Below, in pieces: positions 37,731 to 51,600 of a DNA stretch of 64,000 nucleotides (the first letter of the stretch is position 1; each line of letters begins with the position of its first letter). The notes below the pieces were generated by a model. The model had not been told where the DNA came from. It made no database searches and worked only from the letters and a program-made list of their open reading frames with translations. The DNA is taken from NCBI RefSeq assembly GCF_032444005.1, contig NC_091291.1, forward strand, positions 106,578,001-106,642,000, read 5' to 3'. A program made the position numbers and the translations under genes. The DNA comes from Ranitomeya imitator (Eukaryota).

Positions 37731-38194
37731 GACTCTTCCCATGCTCAGAAAATTGTCACAAGATTTTTGCGCAACTCTGCGTTGCATAAAATATTTGAAA
37801 TATAATGAAACTTACATAAAAACACTTTGATAAATCGATCCTATTGTTTCTGCAACGAGTTTGTGTGAATATTTGAGAAAGCTGGATCATAATCATCCAC
37901 CGCATAGGTAGTCACTTAGTTTTTAAACTTTGACATGTATGACATGGCTACAGAATACTGTATGTCATAATTAATGTGAACAATGTGGTTGCCTATCAGC
38001 AGCTATTTTTAGACCAAATGTGCAGTCAGACGGCCGTATAAATTGGACTGAGATTGGAATGCAATACACGGTGGTTCTATCCAACCCAAGCATGACAGCT
38101 GCATAGATATACATGTGTCTGGGTCAGCCTCCACTGAGCCTGGACGTAATGGCGGCCAACTGATCTAACAACAGGTAAATCCAAAGGTCATTGC

Positions 38195-39722
38195 TCCCTG
38201 CTGATTCTACTGGATCTCTCTGCCGCATTTGACACTGGATCATCAGCTCCTCCTCACTATGCTCCGCTCTATAGGCCTCAAGGACACAGCCCTCTCCTGG
38301 TTCTCCTCCTACCTCTCTGACTGCTCCTTCACTGTATCTTTTGCCGGCTCCTCTTCCTCTCCTCGTCCCCTTACTATCGGGGTTCCGCAGGGCTCAGTCC
38401 TAGGCCCCCTCCATTTCTCTCTATACACTGCCCCTATTGGACAAATAATCAGCAGATTTGGGTTCCAGTATCATCCCTATGTTGGCGACACCCAATTATA
38501 CACTTCTTCCCCTGACATCACTCCTACCCTAATTCAAAATACCAAGGATTTTCTGTCTGCTGTCTCAAACATCATGTCCTCCCTCTATCTGAAATTAAAT
38601 CTCTCCAAAACTGAACTTCTTGTGTTTCTCCCCTCTACTAACCTCACTCTACCCAACATCGAAATTATCCTGGAGGGTTCAACCATAACTCCCAAGCAGC
38701 ATGCCCGATGTATTGGGGTCATATTCGACACCGAACTTTCCTTTACTCCCTATATCCGATCACTCACTCGCTCTTGTCACCTGCATCTTAAAAACATTTC
38801 CAGAATCCGACCTTTTCTCGCCTTTGAAACTGCTAAGACTCTTATTGTCGCTCTTATTCATTCTCGTCTGGACTACTGCAACTCTCTTCTGATCGGTCTC
38901 CCTCTTACCAAACTTTCTCCTCTCCAATCCATCTTGAATGTGGAAGCCAGGGTCATATTTCTGTCCAGCTGCTTCACCGATGCCTCCATCTTGTGCCAGT
39001 CATTACACTGGCTACCCATTCGCTACAGGGTCCAGTATAAACTCATCTCTCTTGCCCACAAAGCTCTCCACAGTTCTGCACCGCCTTATATCTCCTCTCT
39101 CATCTCTGTCTATCGCCCTACACATGCCCTCCGTTCTACAAATTACCTAAGACTAGCATCCCACGTAATCCGAACCTCGCACCTCCGTCTCCAAGACTTC
39201 TCTCGTGCTGTGCCAGCTCTCTGGAATGCACTTCCCCAGACGATCAGACTGATACCGAGCCCAGACCTGTTCATGCGCGCTTTAAAACCCCATCTCTTCA
39301 AACAAGCCTACCACATCAGCTACTCAGTAAACTAACTTTGTCCTGTTCCTTCCTTCCAAATATTACTCTGAATTTGCCCCCTACTATTCATCTGTCTCCA
39401 CACCCTCCATGCACACGATAACTGCACTTGATACTTGACTATTGCACTTAAACACACGGGCTGATGACCGGATCATGCAGCTTTATATGAAAATCTCTAT
39501 TTATTATAATTGCCAGACCTGAAATAACAAGCACTTTTCACCTATTGTGTCCCCTCATTTCCTTGTAGATTGTAAGCTTGCGAGCAGAGACCTCACCCCT
39601 AATGTCACTGTTTAAATTGTCTTAACTCGTATTGAATTTATTGTCTGTACATGTCCCCGCTTAATTGTAAAGTGCTGCGGAATATGTTCGCGCTATATAA
39701 ATAAAAATTATTATTATTATTA
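38195..39722 (+). mobile_element. 5'-truncated L2 LINE
   Basis: [20 protein letters not shown], degenerate YVGDTQLY (YADD), LNLSKTE, SRLDYCN, LHWLP; ORF 38229-39335; (TTA)n tail ending at ~39722. Confidence 0.92.
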
Positions 39723-39873
39723 TAAATTATTAACTGTCACGGAGGTCTCACTGGCCGGCAGGCTGCACTCAGCAGTATAAAAAGGGGAAAGTTGTGGAAG
39801 GGATGCAGGATCAGCTTGTCTTGATAAACAATGTCCAGACCTTAGGGGTAACAGGCAGAAAAACTATATTTAA

Positions 39874-41157
39874 CCCCTTCAAGTCGCGGCCCTTTTTCAT
39901 TTTTGCGTTTTCGTTTTTCACTTCCCTCCTTCCCTGAGCCATAACTTTTTTATTTTTCCGTCAATATGGTCATGTGAGGGCTTATTTTTTGCAGGACAAG
40001 TTTTACCTTTGAACGACACCATTGGTTTTACCATGTCTTTTACTAGAAAATGGGAAAAAAATTCCAAGTGCGGTGAAATTGCAAAAAAAGTGCAATCCCA
40101 CACTTGTTTTTTGTTTGGCTTTTTTGCTAGGTTCACTAAATGCTAAAACTAACCTGTCAATATGATTCTCTAGGTCATTACGAGTTCATAGACACCTAAC
40201 ATGACTAGGTTATATTTTATCTAAGTGGTGAAAAAAAATTCCAAACTTTGCTAAAAAAAAAAAAAAAAAAAAAAGTGCCATTTTCCCATACCCGTAGCGT
40301 CTCCATTTTTCGTCATCTGGGGTCGGGTGAGGGCTTATTTTTTGCGTGCCAAGATGATGTTTTTAATGATACCATTTTTGCGCAGATACGTTCTTTTGAT
40401 CGCCCGTTATTGCATTTTAATGCAATGTCGCGGCGACCAAAAAAACGTAATTCTGGCGTTTCAGATTTATTTCTCGCTACGCCGTTTAGCGATCAGGTTA
40501 ATGCTTTTTTTTAATTGATAGATTGGGCGATTCTGAACACGGAGATACTAAATATGTGTATGTTTGATTTTTTTTTATTGTTTTATTTAGGATGGGGCGA
40601 AAGGGGGGTGATTTAAACTTTTATATTTTTTATATTTTTTTCATATATTTAAAAACATCTTTTTTGTACTTGTGCCATGCTTCAATAGCCTCCATGGGAG
40701 GCTAGAAGCTGGCATAGCCTGATCGGCTCTGCTACATAGCAGCGATCATCAGATCGCTGCTATGTAGCTGAAATGCAGGTGTGCTGTGAGCGCCGACCAC
40801 AGGGGGGCGCTCACAGCAGGCCTGCATCAGTAACCATAGAGGTCTCAAGGACCTCTATGGTTACCTTCCTGATGCATCGCCGACCCCCGATCATGTGACG
40901 GGGGTCGGCGATGACGTCATATCCGGCCGCCCGGCCGGATGCGGTAGTTAAATGCCGCTGTCTGTGTTTGACAGCGGCATATAACAAGTTAATAGCGGCG
41001 GGTGAATAGCGATTTCACCCGCCGGTATTGCACGCACATGTCAGCTGTGCAAAACAGCTGACATGTCGCGACTTTGATGTGGGCTCACCGCCGGAGCCCA
41101 CATCAAAGGGGGTGACACGGCATGCGCAGTACTAGTACGGCGCATGTCGTGAAGGGG
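39874..41157. mobile_element. Non-autonomous piggyBac-like element
   Basis: TTAA|CCCCTTCA...TGAAGGGG|TTAA; 1284 bp; no transposase. Confidence 0.85.
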
Positions 41158-41519
41158 TTAACTGGAGCAGTTGATGATGATGATTACAGCTCTCCACAGT
41201 TATTCTCTACACTGAGCCAATATGGTGTGATGATCCCGGCTCCTTTCCAACAATGTGTATTAGCTTTCCCCACTGCTGCTGCATATAGCAATATGCGTGC
41301 ACAAAAATGTCTCCCCTCAGCCTGGACCTTGGCATCCACACCTCAGGCTTACAGGAAAGTACCTGAGCTCTATTCCCACTGCTGACATCTAAGGATCTTA
41401 TCTAGACATCTCTCCTTTGATTCCTACCTGACGTCTTCTGGCAGTTTGGCACTTCTTGTGTAAAAGTGGCTGAAGAGCTGGCTTCTTACACGGAGTTCAC
41501 AGACATTTGTGACTCCTCA

Positions 41520-43098
41520 CTATGCAGGGCACCACACATGAAGCTATCATACTTGGATCAGGAGAGCCAATGGACAATCTGTACATCGTGGTCCAATTGG
41601 ATTGACTACCCGCCTCTGTTCCTTATCTAATCTCACAACCTCTTCCTTCCCCCTATCTGACCACCATCTACTCACCTTCTCATCCTTGTCCTCCTCACCT
41701 GCTCCCCATGTCCAGCCATTACCATATCCTCGCAGAAACCTCGCACATCTAGACATTCACAGACTCAGACTCTCTCCTACCCCTGTCCTCCATATCTTCA
41801 CTCCACGACACGGACAGCGCCACCGCTTTCTATAACTCCACCCTCACATCAGCCATAGACTCAGTCGCCCCTCTCATGCATGGCACAGTGCGACGAATCA
41901 ATAGGCAACCTTGGCATAACAATCTCACAAAAAACTTTGACAAGCATCCAGGGTTGAGGAGCGGCGTTGGAAGAAAACACGCCTGCCAGAAGACTGCTTT
42001 CAAACAAGCTACATTTGACTTCAAATTATCCCTCACCTCCGCTAAACAGACCTATTTCACTAACCTTGTATCTTCACTATCTTACAACCCAAAACAACTA
42101 TTCAGCACATTTAACTCCCTCCTCCGCCCACCACTGCCACCTCCAACTCCCCTCATCTCTTCCGAGGACTTTGCCACCTAGTTCAAAAACAAGATCGACC
42201 AAACAAGGCAAACCCTAACTGTTCCACCACCCCAACCACTCCATATACCAGACCTCAGCCTTTCCCTAATAACCTCCCTCTCCAACATCACTGAAGGAGA
42301 GCTTGCTCGCCTCTTTTCCAAATCACACCTACCACCTCAGTTACCGCTCATTTTCAGTCATGAATATGCGGCTCCACCTCTGTGGGAGGTAGAGCCGCAT
42401 ATTCATGACTAATGAGCGGTACCATGTGACCGCTCAATACAGGAAGAAGATGCAGCGCTGGAAGAAGCAGGGACTGCGCCAGGAGCAGGTAAGTATAACT
42501 AGACAACCCCCGCTCACCCTCACCTGCCGACCCCGGGTATGACTCAAGTATAAGCCGAGAGGGGGACTTTCAGCCAAAAACAATGGGCTGAAAATCTCGG
42601 CTTATACTCGAGTATATACGGTAATCTCCCAATATCTTCCCTCACGTAATCTCCAATCCTCCCAAGACCTCCTACTCTCCTCCACACTTATTCGTTCCTC
42701 ACACAACCGCCTCCAAGATTTCTCCCGAATATCCCCCATCCTCTGGAATTCCATGCCTCAACACGTCTGATTATCCACCACCCTCAGATCCTTCAGATGG
42801 AACCTGAAAACCCATCTCTTCAAGAAAGCCTACAATAACCATTCTGCCACCTCGCCATCGCCAGAGCTGCCGCCTCGCCATCGCCAGAGCCGCTGCCTCG
42901 CCCCCTACCTTCTGCCTCTTCCCCACTATCCCATAGAATGTAAGTCCGCAAGGTCAGGGTCCTCTCCCCACAGTACCAGTCTGTCATTGTAAACTTGTTT
43001 ACTGTAAACGATATCAATAACTCTGTATGTAACCCCTTTCTCATGTACAGCACCATGGAATTAATGGTGCTATATAAATGAATAATAATAATAATAAT
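41520..43098 (+). mobile_element. Internally deleted L2 with an inserted DNA-transposon end (~42340-42623)
   Basis: Endonuclease/linker remnants (SDHHLLTF) and an (AAT)n tail at 43080-43098; the insert ends CTCGGCTTATACTCGAGTATATACGG|TA. Confidence 0.7.
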
Positions 43099-43199
43099 AC
43101 TATAGGACCCTCAATCTCCACATAATCTGGATGTGAGTCTCAGAAGTTTAACCCTCATCTATCAAACATATCTTATATATCATATGGAAATGCTACAAA

Positions 43200-43390
43200 T
43201 GTCTATAGGTATGTGCAAATTGCCTCTTCAGAGAGATGACTTGAACTCTATATAGCGCCACCTGTTGGAAGTAGCGATCCTACAAGTCACAATCACCCCT
43301 TTAACGAGTCTTGTAATATGACTTAGGATACAAACCAAATCATAATCTCAATTTGCGGACATGGTCTTTCGGGCTATTGGCTATGGGTAT
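43200..43390 (-). mobile_element. Second, 5'-truncated copy of the 29045-29417 family
   Basis: Minus strand GCCC-GAAA-GACCATGT-C-CGCAAATTGAGATT...AAGTCATATT.CAAG..TCGTTAAAGGG...TTCCAACAGGTGGCGCTA...CTCTCTGAAGAG.CAATTTGCA aligns with 29117-29275. Confidence 0.7.
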
Positions 43391-44133
43391 GTGGGTATCA
43401 ACTGTTTTTTAGGGCTCTTTCACATGTCTGTGTCTCCGGAACCCATGGTGACAGTTTTTACATGCAGTGATGCGTCATCCACATGAAGCAAGCAGTACGG
43501 GGATTGTAAGAAAAAGGGAGGCGCCGGACCAAGACCAGAGACGCTCATCGGTCCAAGACCAGAGACGCCCATTGGGCCAAGACCGCCCCTCAGGTGAGTA
43601 TAAGAAAAGTTATTTTTCTTCTTACAGGTCGGATCAGGGGCTTATATACAGCATTATAGAATGCTGTATATAAGCCCTGAAAGGGGGTGGCCGTAACTCG
43701 TATAGGACTAACACAGTGACAGGTTCCTTTTAAAGGGAAACTGGCAAAACTAATATACTGTGATAAGCAGGGCCAGACTGGCCATCGGGCAGTTCTGGCA
43801 AATGCCAGAAGGGCCGGTGACAGTAGTGGGCTGCTGCGCGCCGACTCACCCCCTTCCCACCACCAGCGCCGCCGCATTCAACTATACCGGCGTCTATGAT
43901 GCCTGTACAGTTGAATGCAATGATGGAGGAGAGAGCGTCTGCTGACGCTCCCTCTCCCATCATTCCCCGCTCTGCCTCTGACACTGCGGGTGCGCGCGCA
44001 CTCACTGTGTCCCAGGCAGTGCAGCAGCAGCCGCTGAGACAGGAACAGGGAGCAACGTGGGCACGAGGAGAGGTGAGGAGTGTGTTTTTTTTTCACTGGA
44101 CTGTGGGGCCATTCTCGGGGGGAAGGAGAGATG

Positions 44134-44296
44134 TGGGCTGTGCTATATACTACTGTGTGGGCTGTGCTATATACTACAGTGTGGGCTGAGTTATATACCA
44201 CTATGTGGACTGTGCTATATACTACTGTGTGGGCTGTGCTATATACTACTATGTGGGCTGTGCTATATACTACTATGTGGGCTGTGCTATATACTA
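44134..44296. repeat. 24-bp minisatellite, about 7 copies
   Basis: GTGGGCTGTGCTATATACTACTAT. Confidence 0.92.
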
Positions 44297-44369
44297 ACAA
44301 ATACAATAATCACACAAAATAAGTGGCCGAGAGCATATTCCATAAAAAAATCTCTCCCAAATATAAACA

Positions 44370-46956
44370 TAGGAAGTGACACTCCTTTACTATTCTATCT
44401 AAAATTGTCATACTAGCCAAAAAGGGAGCTTTAGACACCAGGATATATAAAACTATTAAATATTTTATTTCATAACATGGTCACAAAAAAGGTCAAAATA
44501 CCATACAAATACACATAACAATGAAATAAAAAATTCCAATATATGGAAAGGAGGAAAGGTCAACCAGTACACTAAATAGCAAGGTACAAGTCCATAGGAC
44601 AACCTGGGTTGGTAGCACAGTGTTCCTAAGTATACCTGTTTCTACAATGAGGAGTCATGTCTAAAGGAACCCAGCCTCATATTCTCCCATGAATCATATG
44701 CATGTGTACCATAAAGTGGAGTAGCACCTACCCATAATAAGTCCGGACTCCTATGTAGCCTTGCCACGACCCCTGACGCGTGTTTTGCCAAGTTGCTTTC
44801 TCAACGGGGAGTGATACAAGTGTCTCGCCACTGCTGCACCTTTTATAGGACGCTGGCCCACCGATTTCATTAGCGCGTGCGCACCTGGACTCCGCACACA
44901 GAAAGTTAACCATTCATTAGGCGTCATTATGTGGAGCACGTGATGGCGAAATATCGCCTATGGTACCTATAGTCACCCGCGCCACATAAGAAGTAGACAC
45001 TCATAATGAATGGACCGCATCAGAATAATCAAGACGCGCAAGCGCACCACCGGTGACCTGACCCGGAACCGAATCTATGGCAACCCACACCAAGATCCTG
45101 TAATGCCTCCATTGTCATGGAGGTCTCACTCCTATTGCGCATGTGCACGTAACCGGAGTAAATTCTCCCAGTCTCAGTCCCACTGCACACGCGCACGTAG
45201 CATATAACGTAGTCAACCCTACTGCGCATGCGCACACCGTATGTAGCGTGAACGGAGTAATTCCTCTCAGTTTCAGTCCTACTGCGCACGCGTACGTAGC
45301 ATATAATGCAATAGGAGTATTGTTTCTCAATGCCGTAGCCCGTCACCATAATGATCTCTCTTCTCAATGTAACTGTGCGTCTCCAATCACACCGCCGTGA
45401 GTATAGAAACATAGTCAGAAAGGTAACATTGCTGCCCGCGATATATGTCAGTCCTCCGCATGTGCCTTATATATAGAAAAAGGGGGGAACTACCGTACAA
45501 AAAATATATATACTATTTTTAGTCATAATAGACTCTCTTATTAAAAGTCAAACACAGCAACAAAGTCTAATCTCAATAATTTAAGAAAAATTGCCCATAT
45601 ATGACTATGAGAACCATTGCCTCACACCCGGCCATATCTCCCAAACTCATGGAGATCTTGGCCCCAGTGCGCCCGTGCATATAATCTGTCTCATAACCGG
45701 GGTATACCCTATCTCACAAAAAATGCTGTAAATCCATCGCCACGGATTCAAATATTGGGAGAAAGGAAGGGAAACAAACAAAAGCGAGAAAAAATAATAA
45801 AATAAAAAATGAAAAATAAGAAAGTGATAAAAAAAAATATATATATGACCTATCTCAAAGGTCAGTGATAATCATAAAGAAAAGAAAAAAAAAAAAGGTT
45901 AGAAATAAAAAATAATAAGAAATAGTGAATAAAAATAAAACAGTGAGATGATTAGTGCCGTGAGTGAAAAAAGAGTGCTCCAGGTAGAATACTACCAAAC
46001 CTAAATCCTATACTCAATAGTATAAGCGAATGTAGTGATATAATATAAGAGAACAAAAACATAAAAATATACATGTGCATAATACACTGCCTGTATGACA
46101 ATGGTAGTGAACAATTATATATAACTATTTTCCAACAACTGAAGTTCTCCTCCAATCCCTTTGTCCAATCAATCCAATAAACGATATTGTCCCATTTGCG
46201 TATAGTTTTGATAGAAGTATCTCCCCGATACAATGAGTCTTGAGAGCCGAGGTCCAAAAAACGAAGTGCAGAGAATGCGGATCACATATAAGGAATTCAC
46301 GTACAAATACTGAATGACGAAAAATAAAAAACACACAATTAAAAACATACCATGGTTCCAAGAGCAATATACAATTCTCTCTATATATATATATGAAGAA
46401 AGCTGTGGAGAATGGGTTCCCTGGGTCTATAATATCTAGTCTTATAAAAAGGGGGCAAATGTCAACCTCTCATTCAAGCCCCTGGGTACCACAGTATCAA
46501 GGGTGACAATCCACCTACACTCACGTTGGGCAAGAATTTGTTTCAGGTTGCCACCCCTGACACTCCCATGAACACGGTCAATTCCCCTAATTTTCAGGCC
46601 TCCGGGGTCACATCCGTGACATTCCTTGAAATGTCTCGGTAAAGTTTTGAGCACCGAAACATCCAGTGCGTCTTTTGCTGCTTTAATGTCTCGGACGAGC
46701 TCCCGGATCCTGATTTTCAATTCTCTTGATGTGAGACCCACATATATCAGGGAGCAGGGGCACGTAGCATAATATATCACATATGATGTGCTACATGAGA
46801 TGTATTCTCTTATCTTGTACTCCCTGCTCCCATCTGATGAATTGAAGGTCCCACATCTTATTATGTTGGCGCATGCCACGCAGGACCCACAAGGAAAGCA
46901 TCCCTGTTTTTTCATACCCCGATTGAAAATGGCCAGCTGCTTTGCAATGTAGTGAC
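44370..46956 (-). mobile_element. 3' part of a Penelope-like element (GIY-YIG endonuclease plus ~2-kb 3' terminal region)
   Basis: GIY-YIG ORF ends at 46442; long 3' region with a degenerate hammerhead-like motif (~44770-44810) and AATAAA. The 3' boundary is approximate. Confidence 0.75.
46442..46956 (-). pseudogene. Penelope-type GIY-YIG endonuclease domain, cut off by the hAT insertion
   Basis: CGSCVAC zinc motif, VIYYATCPCSLIYVGLT, RECRWIVTLDT..P.GLNE. The ORF-track extension to 47101 is hAT TIR sequence, not real coding. Confidence 0.88.
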
Positions 46957-47369
46957 TAGTGTTGAGCATTCCGATACCGCAAGTATCGGGTATCGGCCGA
47001 TATTTGCGGTATCGGAATTCCGATACCGAATTCTGATACTTCCCGCGTATCGGATACCGGAATCGGAAGTTCCCAGAATTCAAATTGAACGCAGCAGCCA
47101 ATGAGGAATGAATGAAAGTGTGGGCACATCCTGTTTAGCATGGTGGGCATGTAAGTACTGGCAAGGCTGGGATTGGCTGCTGAAATGATGTCACTCTGCA
47201 CTATAAAAAAGCGCTGCCGCCATTTTGCGCTCACTCTGCTGTGATTTCAGTTAGGGACAGGACGCTGTGTTCTAACTGAGGGCCAGTTGAGCTAGCTAAT
47301 TGCTTTATTTTCCTTTCCAAAGGCTAATTTAGCAAAACGCTGTGTGTTCTTCACTGTTCACCTTGCTCT

Positions 47370-48470
47370 TGCCTTGCAGCGCTGTTTTAACAGCGTTCTG
47401 CAAGGTCTCTGTGTGTGTGTGTGTGTGTGTGTGCAGCTCACTCTGTAGTCTGTGTGCAGCCATATACCCGGTTGTATTCAGCTCAGGGGGGGTTCACACT
47501 GCCTCACACAGTTGTTCTTTTTTGCTCTTAGTGCAGCCTGCTGCACATTTTTTCTCAAATTTCCTATTAGTGTTTTTCCACCAGTCTCCAGCTCTATTGT
47601 GGAAAAACACTACATAGGATAACCTAGAGGGGGGTTTTTGGGCCTTGCAGCGCCGTTTACGGCTGTCTGCACGGTCTCCGTGTGAGCCCAGCTCGCCCTG
47701 TAGTCTGTGTGCAGCCATAGCCGGTTGGATTCAGCTCAGGGTTCGTTACTGGCTCATACCTTGAGAAAAATTTTCCTTTTTTTCAAATAGTGCAGCCTGT
47801 TTAAAATTTGAAAAAAAAAATTCCTATTAGTGTCTTTCCACTCGTATCCAGCTAAATAGTGGAAAAACACTATATAGGATAACCTAGAGGAGGGTTTTTT
47901 GGCCTTGCAGCGCCGTTTACGGCTGTCTGCACGGTCTCCGTGTGAGCCCAGCTCGCCCTGTAGTCTGTGTGCAGCCATAGCCGGTTGGATTCAGCTCAGG
48001 GTTCGTTACTGGCTCATACCTTGAGAAAAATTTTCCTTTTTTTGAAATAGTGCAGCCTGTTTAAAATTTGAAAAAAAAAAAATTCCTATTAGTGTCTTTC
48101 CACCAGTCTCCAGCTCAATTGTGGAAAAACACTACATAGGATAACCTAGAGGGTTTTTTTGGGGCCTTGCAGCGCCGTTTACGGCTGTCTGCACGGTCTC
48201 TGTGTGAGCGCAGCTCGCCCTGTAGTCTGTGTGCAGCCATAGCCGGTTGGATTCAGCTCAGGGTGCGTTACTGCCTCATACCTTGAAAAACAATTTCCTT
48301 TTTTTCAAATAGTGCAGCCAGTTTAAAATTTGAAAAAAAAAATTCCTATTAGTGTCTTTCCACTTGTATCCAGCTAAATAGTGGAAAAACACTATATAGG
48401 ATAACCTAGAGGAGGGTTTTTTGGCCTTGCAGCGCCGTTTACGGCTGTCTGCACGGTCTCCGTGTGATTT
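47370..48470. repeat. ~260-bp tandem repeat, about 4 copies, upstream of the transposase
   Basis: TTGCAGCGCCGTTTACGGCTGTCTGCACGG recurs every ~260 bp. Confidence 0.92.
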
Positions 48471-48680
48471 AAACTAGCTCTGTAGCCCGATCTGCACCAA
48501 AAAAAAAGTTAAGTTCACCAAACACAACTTAACACTTGTGTAGGCCACATTTGAAAAATAATAAAGTTTAGTCCACAATTTACAACATTAGTGTTTCTTA
48601 CACCTGTTAGGAGGAGCATTACAGGAATAAGCACACTAAGGCCTTAGTACTTTTCTGCTTATCTTTATCTGTCAACCAAG

Positions 48681-51600
48681 ATGAAGAGGGCAGGGAGTAA
48701 GGCACGTGGGCGTGGGCGCGGAGCAGGGAGAGGAGCAGGGAGAGGACGTGGTGATTCTGTGCCTGCTGCGGGCGCCGGTGACTCGTCGTCACTCAGTTTC
48801 AGCAGGGAACAGTCCTTCATGCGCAGCTTTGTCGGAGAGCACCGTGCACCGCTGCTGCGTGAAGACCAAATTGAAGCTGTTGTCGGGTGGATGGCAGCTA
48901 ACGCCTCGGCATCGACTTCAGTTAGTGCCACATCCTCTCAGGCACAGAGCACTGGAGAGCAGCCATCTGTCTCTTCACCACCTGCCAAATTGGCCAGGCA
49001 GTCAGAGAGCCCAGGACAGGAGCCGTCTCTACTTCTGTTCTCTGAATCTCTTGGCTTGGAAACAGTGGGCCAGCCAAGCAGCATTGGAGAAATGGAAGAA
49101 GAGGCAGTGTGCAGTGATGCCCAACACCTTTTTCTCTCTGACTCTGAAGAGGCAGGTGGGCCAGTGCCTCCGGTGACCACAGCGCAGTACGCATCTGATG
49201 ATGAAACTCAGGTGCCGCTTTCTCGTGCGTACTGTGCTGCTGAGACTACCCAGGAGGAGCAGTTGGTGGCAGAGGGTAGTGGAGATGATGAGGTCCTTGA
49301 CCCATCGTGGCGTGAGGAACAGGAAGGTGGTGGGAGCAGCTCAGAGGAAGAGCTTCCTCTTACGGGCCAAAGAGGGAGAGGGAGGGGGAAGACTGCGGAG
49401 CCTGTAGCCTCCACTTTGGCACCCGTTAGGAGCCTGTCTCTTTCCAAAGCCAAAAAGGGCGCTCCCAAGACTTGCAGTGCCTGGTCCTTTTTTGACACAG
49501 TTGCAGATGACATTTGTTTTGTCAAATGCAAGCTGTGTCATCAGAAAGTAAAAAGAGGGAAAAATGTCAGCAACCTCAATACCACAAATATGTGGAAACA
49601 TGTGCGGACCAGGCACGCGGTGGAGTTACAGAAACACACTGAAGATGTAGGCCAACCAACAGCGGCAGCTACCACCTCTTCAGCTCGTGTTGCCTCTTCC
49701 TCCAGCTCACGCACAGCTGGTTTGGCTTCCTCCCAGAGACCTTGTGTAATTCCACCCACAGCACCACCTTCCCAGTCATCCTCACACTCCCAGTCTACTC
49801 TACAGCCATCGGTAGTACAGGCATGGGAGAAAAGGCGGGCATTCTCGGCCAACCACCCCCGAGCACAGGCTCTGAATGCAGGCATTGCCAAACTGTTGTC
49901 CCTGGAAATGCTCTCGTTCAGGCTGGTGGAGACTGACAGCTTCCGTGACTTGATGGCATTGGCAGTCCCACAGTACAAGGTGCCCAGCCGCTTTTACTTC
50001 AGCAGGCAGGCTGTCCCTGCCCTGCACAGGCATGTTGAGGCAAACATAAAACATGCGCTACTGAACGCCGTCAGTAGCAAGGTCCACCTCACCACCGATG
50101 CGTGGACCAGTCAGCATGGACAGGGGCGATATGTTTCCCTCACTGCCCATTGGGTTAATGTTGTTGAGCCAGGTACAGATCGTGCGAGTGGCGCAGGACG
50201 TGTCCTGCCCACTCCAAGGATTGCAGGAATCCAGTCTGTACGCATCGACTCCTCCTCTTACACCAGTTCCTCTGATTCCTCTCTGCAGGATCCGTCACAG
50301 TCCACCCCCACATGGACCCGTGAACGTTTACCTATGACCGACATGAGCACAGCCGTGGCCAAACGTCAGCAGGCCGTCTTGAAACTAGTTTCATTGGGGC
50401 ATCGAAGCCACACAGCACAGGAGATCTGGAATGCCATAAAGCAGGAGAGCGATGTGTGGTTACTGCCAGCGAATCTCCAGCCAGGCATGGTAGTGTGTGA
50501 CAATGGCCGAAATCTGGTGGCAGCTTTGGCCCTTGGCAACCTCACTCACATCCCATGTCTGGCACCTGTGCTCAATTTGGTTGTGCAGAGTTTTCTGAGG
50601 GACTATCCGGATCTTGATGCCCTGCTGCACAAGGTCCGCCTAGAGTGTGCTCACTTGCGGCGTTCCAGCTTGGCCAGATCCCGCATTGCTGCTCTGCAGC
50701 GCCGATTCCGCCTTCCGGAACACCGCATCATATGTGACCTACCTACCCGGTGGAATTCCACGTTACATATGTTGGAGCGGTTGTGTGAGCAGCAGCAAGC
50801 AGTTATGGAGTACCAGCTGCATCAGGCGCAAAGAAGTCGCAGTCAGCGCCGATCAGACTTCACAACCACAGAGTGGGCCACTATGAAGGACGTCTGCCAG
50901 GTTTTGCGTCCTTTTGATTATTCCATGCGGATGGCAAGTGCAGATGATGCACTAGTCAGCATGACTGTCCCCCTTATCTGCCTGCTTCAGCAAACTTTGC
51001 AAGGGTTAAGGGATGATGTGGTGGAAGAGGTGGAGGATGAGGAGTCACCTTTTCCATCAGCTTCTGGAGAGTCAGCGCCACGTGGTTCCTCACAAAGGGG
51101 TACGCAGGGGCCAATTTGTGAGGAGGATGAGGAGGAGTCAATGGAGGAGGAAGAGCTCCGTCCAGAGGAGGGAGCGACACAATTGTCCAGTGGTCAGTGT
51201 GTACAGCGAGGGTGGGGTGATGACGAGCGGGCAGAGATCATGTCTCAAGCAGGGGACAGCGTTTCTGGGCCAGTTGGCACTCTGCAGCACATGGTGGATT
51301 TCATGCTGCAGTGCCTGAGAAACGACCGCCGCATCGACCACATTCTCAACATGCCTGATTATTGGGTGTTCACCCTCCTTGATCCTCGCTACCGGGACAA
51401 CGTCCAAAACCTCATCCCTGCGTTGACCCGGGAGCGTAAATTGCGGGAGTACCACGACACACTGGTGAATTCCATCATCTTCTCCTGTCCAACTGAGAGG
51501 AGTGCTGCTAGTGCTTTACAAAGCAGCTCAGTGCGTCGAGGCAGTGGGGGAGGCTCTGCCCAAAGAGGGAGCAGAAGCAGTGCCTCTGCCCAAGGCAAGC

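Noticed and set aside
43878-44416. Repetitive ORFs (VYSTAHIV / AVLYTTVW repeats)
   Set aside because: Translations of the 24-bp minisatellite; the 14079-14580 ORFs arise the same way.
46957-47101. N-terminal extension of the GIY-YIG ORF in the ORF track
   Set aside because: It is read-through into the hAT terminal repeat, not Penelope coding sequence.
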